Assembly (NCBI GenBank): GCA_965223905.1
Contig: CBDCXV010000010.1
Span: 1,376,001 to 1,440,000 of the forward strand
Origin: Candidatus Latescibacterota bacterium
Lineage (GTDB): Bacteria > Latescibacterota > UBA2968 > UBA8231
Length of the DNA stretch: 64,000 nucleotides
Direction: 5' to 3'
Shown here piece after piece: positions 60,526-64,000 of this stretch. How positions within the stretch are numbered: the stretch's first letter is position 1; each line of letters starts with the position of its first letter. Both the position numbers and the translations under genes were made by a program. A model generated the notes under the pieces. That model did not search any database. It worked only from the letters and a program-made list of their open reading frames with translations, and was not told the DNA's origin.

Positions 60526-60609
60526 GATTTTGGCCGGTTTCAGGGGTCAACCTGGTAATTGGAGGGCGCACGCCTCCGCGATCCTGCCGATATCAGCCTG
60601 GCATACGCC

Positions 60610-62016
60610 TTACTCGCCTGCGGCCCCCACCAAGTCCCAATTCTCGGGAACGCCTTCGCGTAGAAGCTTAAACAGCGACCTCCGAGCGAGGTCGAAACCC
60701 GTGACGAACACCGCGGCGTTTCTGAACGGGGACGCATCGCCCGAACCGCTGTGAACGACAACCGAGCGGGCCTCATACAGATTCCTGACGCTCTCCATAA
60801 TCCTTTGGCGATCATCCGCGTCGGTTCCGAGAAAGCCGGCCACCCTCTTTTCCAACTTGCGTAGTTTCTTCCACTTCGGCAGTTCGTACATACCTTCGAG
60901 CGCGATCGCCACGTCGACCACCTTGTCGCGTATTGCAACCCGCCCATTTCGTCCAAGCGCTTCGGACAGGCGCTCGACGAAGGGCGCCATCCTCCGGTAA
61001 CGTGCGCTCTGGCGGTTTCCGAAAGCCTCCCGTGCCTCGTCGAGCGCCGCCGGTCGCAGCACCGGGCACTCGGCGAACCCGTTGATGCCATCCGCCCGCC
61101 ACTTCTGGTACACGCCCGGCCCCGGTCGCCCCCGCCCCAAAAGGCGCGCCGCCGACCCGTCGATGCAATTCGATATCGTTGCAAGCGGCAGCACCGGCGC
61201 TGCATGGCTCACTGCCAGCAGGTCCAGGAAGGTACCCGCCTCCGGGAAAAACGGCGCCCGCGGGCTCCCTATGGGTTCGTTCACGCTGCCACTTCGCCGA
61301 AATGCCGGCCGCCACCGGAACGGCCTGATCACTGCGCCCACCGAGCGCCACCCGTGGAAGCCGGCACCCGACGGGGCGAGCTCTTCCACCATCTCCTGGT
61401 CCACGAACCGCCCAACTTCCCCGAACGGAAGGATCACCATGCCGTCTTCGACGTCGATCCTTTCCGTCACCGTCAAGCCGTAGAACAGCAACGCGTCGCA
61501 ACCCTCGTCGAGATTGCCCAGCACTTCCGCCGCCTCGCCATCCCCGGCCGGGGAGAGGAAAGCGTTCAGTTCCCCCGCCGCCGCCCGAATGCCGTCGCCG
61601 GACAGCTCCGCGGCCCGCGCCATCAGCCCCGCGATCAGATCCCCGGCCGAGATGGACGTCCCGGAATTCACCATCCGCATCCAGAAATCGTTCTCGCCCA
61701 CGATCCGCCCCGCCACCGCCACCCGCTCCAGTTCGGGATGGGACAGCAGTGCGTGGCGCGCCGGATCGAGCATCGCCCGAAGAGGCGCGTACTCGGCCTC
61801 TCTGCCGAAGGTCCTGCTGTAGCGCGCCTCTGCATAGACCATTCGCAGGTCGTCCAGCGGAAACGGCGTCTCGTCCCGCCCATTGACGATTACCAGCTTG
61901 CGCGGATTGTGCTGCCAATACGCCTGCAGGTAGGGCTCCTGCGCTTGCGCCAGCGCCCGAACAGCCGCCGTCACGCGGTCGATCCAACCATCAGCGTCGA
62001 ACGCCTTCGAGGTCAT
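60610..62016 (-). CDS. HEPN-domain protein (ApeA-like C-terminus)
   Basis: IALEGMY..LYEARSVVVHSG (RxxxxH). Confidence 0.75.
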   Translation of the reverse strand: MTSKAFDADGWIDRVTAAVRALAQAQEPYLQAYWQHNPRKLVIVNGRDETPFPLDDLRMVYAEARYSRTFGREAEYAPLRAMLDPARHALLSHPELERVAVAGRIVGENDFWMRMVNSGTSISAGDLIAGLMARAAELSGDGIRAAAGELNAFLSPAGDGEAAEVLGNLDEGCDALLFYGLTVTERIDVEDGMVILPFGEVGRFVDQEMVEELAPSGAGFHGWRSVGAVIRPFRWRPAFRRSGSVNEPIGSPRAPFFPEAGTFLDLLAVSHAAPVLPLATISNCIDGSAARLLGRGRPGPGVYQKWRADGINGFAECPVLRPAALDEAREAFGNRQSARYRRMAPFVERLSEALGRNGRVAIRDKVVDVAIALEGMYELPKWKKLRKLEKRVAGFLGTDADDRQRIMESVRNLYEARSVVVHSGSGDASPFRNAAVFVTGFDLARRSLFKLLREGVPENWDLVGAAGE

Positions 62017-62060
62017 CCCCGCATACCCTGTTCTTCAGCTCCATGGAATCGGGAGCAACG

Positions 62061-63317
62061 CTAAACCCTCCCCGCGAGACCATGCGGCGCAGCACCACGC
62101 GCGCGTGACCGGCTTTGCCGTCCACCAACCCCATCAAGATTGCGCGGTCGACCAAAATCCCGGCCTCTTCGTCTGCTTTCCCGGTAGAACCGTCGCGCCC
62201 GTCGCCCCGCTGCCCGCACTCTCCAAGCGTTCGGCACAGAGAGTTTGCGCGCAATCCATCGTTCCAACCCGGCCAAGCCGTGAATTCTAACGAAGCAAAG
62301 CAGCTTGAAGAGCACCACGGCAACCTTCCATTTCAACATCGTCCTCAGGCCCATCACCTTCTTCTCGTGTTCGCGAACAACCTCTCCAACCGCCTTGACG
62401 AGTTTCGGGTAGGGCCCCTTGCCCGACGCCTTCTTTGGCGTCTTCACATCCAGATGCAAGCTCATCGACGGAGCCTCACTCTCCGGGATTCCGGTACCGG
62501 ACACCGCTTCCTCGACCGCATCGGACAGGGCCTCCCACACCGACGCCCCTAGGGGATTCTCCAGGCTCGCATTGGCCGCATCTGCGTACTCGGCCGATCT
62601 CTCGCTTCGCCATGCGCGCAACGCCTGCGGGCTCGTATCCCATATCACAACCACGTTTCGGAACGGGCAGTCCCGTTTCCTCAGCACCCTCCGCCTGATC
62701 TCCTCCAACCCCAGGGCCGTTCGCGTCATGAAGTCGTCAAGCGCATTCTCGGCCCGGAACGGATCATCCGGGGGCACCGCGAACCACAGCGGCATGCCCA
62801 CGACCAGCGTCCCGTAGCCATACTCCTCCATCAACTCCTGATACGAAGCCTTGGCCAGCTTCCGCTCGATCTGCTCGATCACCCGGTCCGCAGCTTTCCT
62901 CTGTTCCATCCTCGACGGGCGTCCCCGCGGCACGTCCTTTCGGAAGGCGTTGAAATCCACCGGATGCTTGTCGGGGATGCCGTTCCATGCCCGCATCGCG
63001 CCCTCGATCTGCGACGCCGGCACCGTCGTGAACACCTCAGTGACCTCCAGCCACTCGAACCGCTCCTCCACCGTCGGCGTCATGTCGACCAGGTAGATGA
63101 ATCCGTCGCCCGGGTCGTCCCTTCCTCTGCCGATCTCGCTCCGGTCCGCCTTCCAGCTGAGCTTCATGCTCACGAACGCCTTCCGGCCCGACTTCAATTC
63201 CCCCCGGTGCGCCCAGTACACCTCCCGAAGCCGGCCCGTCTTGTCCCGGTCCGGGATCGCTGCCCATTCCCGCTCTTCGGTCGCCTCCTTTACGTAAAGG
63301 ACACTCAGACCCGTCAT
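62061..63317 (-). CDS. Hypothetical protein, possible PD-(D/E)XK-like nuclease
   Basis: GDGFIY..WLEVT..KLAK.SY pattern; GAGG RBS before ATG 63317 (ORF open to 63482). Confidence 0.5.
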   Translation of the reverse strand: MTGLSVLYVKEATEEREWAAIPDRDKTGRLREVYWAHRGELKSGRKAFVSMKLSWKADRSEIGRGRDDPGDGFIYLVDMTPTVEERFEWLEVTEVFTTVPASQIEGAMRAWNGIPDKHPVDFNAFRKDVPRGRPSRMEQRKAADRVIEQIERKLAKASYQELMEEYGYGTLVVGMPLWFAVPPDDPFRAENALDDFMTRTALGLEEIRRRVLRKRDCPFRNVVVIWDTSPQALRAWRSERSAEYADAANASLENPLGASVWEALSDAVEEAVSGTGIPESEAPSMSLHLDVKTPKKASGKGPYPKLVKAVGEVVREHEKKVMGLRTMLKWKVAVVLFKLLCFVRIHGLAGLERWIARKLSVPNAWRVRAAGRRARRFYRESRRRGRDFGRPRNLDGVGGRQSRSRARGAAPHGLAGRV

Positions 63318-63459
63318 CGACCTCGCCCTACGATGTTCCCTTCTGCCTTGTCGTCGCGCTCGACCCCGCCGCTGACGCACAGGCATAGACCCCTGCCGCC
63401 AGTAGCCCCACCGTCGCACCGGGAGGCATGGCAGGGACGGCAGCGACCGCAAGCCGCTG

Positions 63460-63999
63460 TCATTCGCGTTCTTCTCCGTCACGCAGCACTTCTTCCCACG
63501 GGATCGCCGATTCGCCGCCCTCGAGGCCTAAGTGGACCTTCGACCTCGACCGGATCTCGCCGTCCGCATACCACTCTCCCTCAAAGGTCGTATCGATGTT
63601 GATGTGGTAGTTCAACCCCGCAACCACGCACTCATCGGCGATCACGCGCGCCGCCTTGCCGAGCCCCCACACGCGGTCGGTGTCTACCAGGCCGCGGATC
63701 GCCTCTTTGCCGACCCCCTGCTCGAAGTACCGCCATTTGCCGAACGTCTCCCGGCTGCCCTCCAGCACCTCGACGATGGAGGGGAAATCGGCTTCGAGCC
63801 GGCGCCGACTGTCCTCCGGCAGTTCTCGGAAGAGCTTCAACAGATCGTGCGTCCTAGGGGCCTCGTCCAGCCTCGTGACGAGGATCGCTTTCATCCCCAC
63901 CTCACAGGCGAATGCCGAGGCCATTCCCGCCACCAGCGCCGTGCCCATCCTCTCCATCAGTTCACGGCCCGATGGCTTGCGATGCGCGACTGGCATGCT
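63460..63999 (-). CDS. HEPN-like protein (5' end probably outside window)
   Basis: FACEVGMKA..THDLLKLF..FGKWRY. Confidence 0.6.
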   Translation of the reverse strand, partial: SMPVAHRKPSGRELMERMGTALVAGMASAFACEVGMKAILVTRLDEAPRTHDLLKLFRELPEDSRRRLEADFPSIVEVLEGSRETFGKWRYFEQGVGKEAIRGLVDTDRVWGLGKAARVIADECVVAGLNYHINIDTTFEGEWYADGEIRSRSKVHLGLEGGESAIPWEEVLRDGEERE

Positions 64000-64000
64000 C

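Noticed and set aside
1-64000. CRISPR array, tRNA/rRNA, integrase, retron or DGR reverse transcriptase
   Set aside because: No regularly spaced repeats, RNA-gene signatures, recombinase or RT motifs seen by eye; a short RNA could have been missed

Overview
High-GC bacterial window in two parts. (1) 1-17.4 kb is a mosaic of catabolic genes: FAD oxidoreductase, GNAT, lyase/glycosidase-like proteins, sialidase-like protein, mannonate-dehydratase-like protein, PhyH dioxygenases, Zn-ADH, Gfo/Idh/MocA and DUF1028. It also carries MITE-like scars and a 41-bp direct repeat bracketing 6.36 kb. (2) 17.5-64 kb is a dense anti-phage/anti-plasmid defence island. Its ~30-kb plus-strand tract starts at a palindrome-overlapped promoter. 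The tract contains a restriction-like core (XRE-HTH/SNF2/DUF3883 helicase, DUF1156 methylase, DUF499 ATPase) whose genes are spaced by coupled cargo modules: three ABC-ATPase+TOPRIM-like pairs, MNT-HEPN, an aspartic-protease pair, DUF6338+micro-peptide and DUF433. An uncharacterised low-GC nuclease/TPR/orphan trio and a divergent Wadjet follow. The convergent minus-strand tract holds HEPN-like genes, an M48 peptidase with an upstream gene remnant, McrBC with two reader-like domains, an ISKra4, and a ~1435-aa NACHT-nuclease split by an IS1380. Family names come from motif recognition only; no searches were run. Several single-base frameshifts may be assembly errors.
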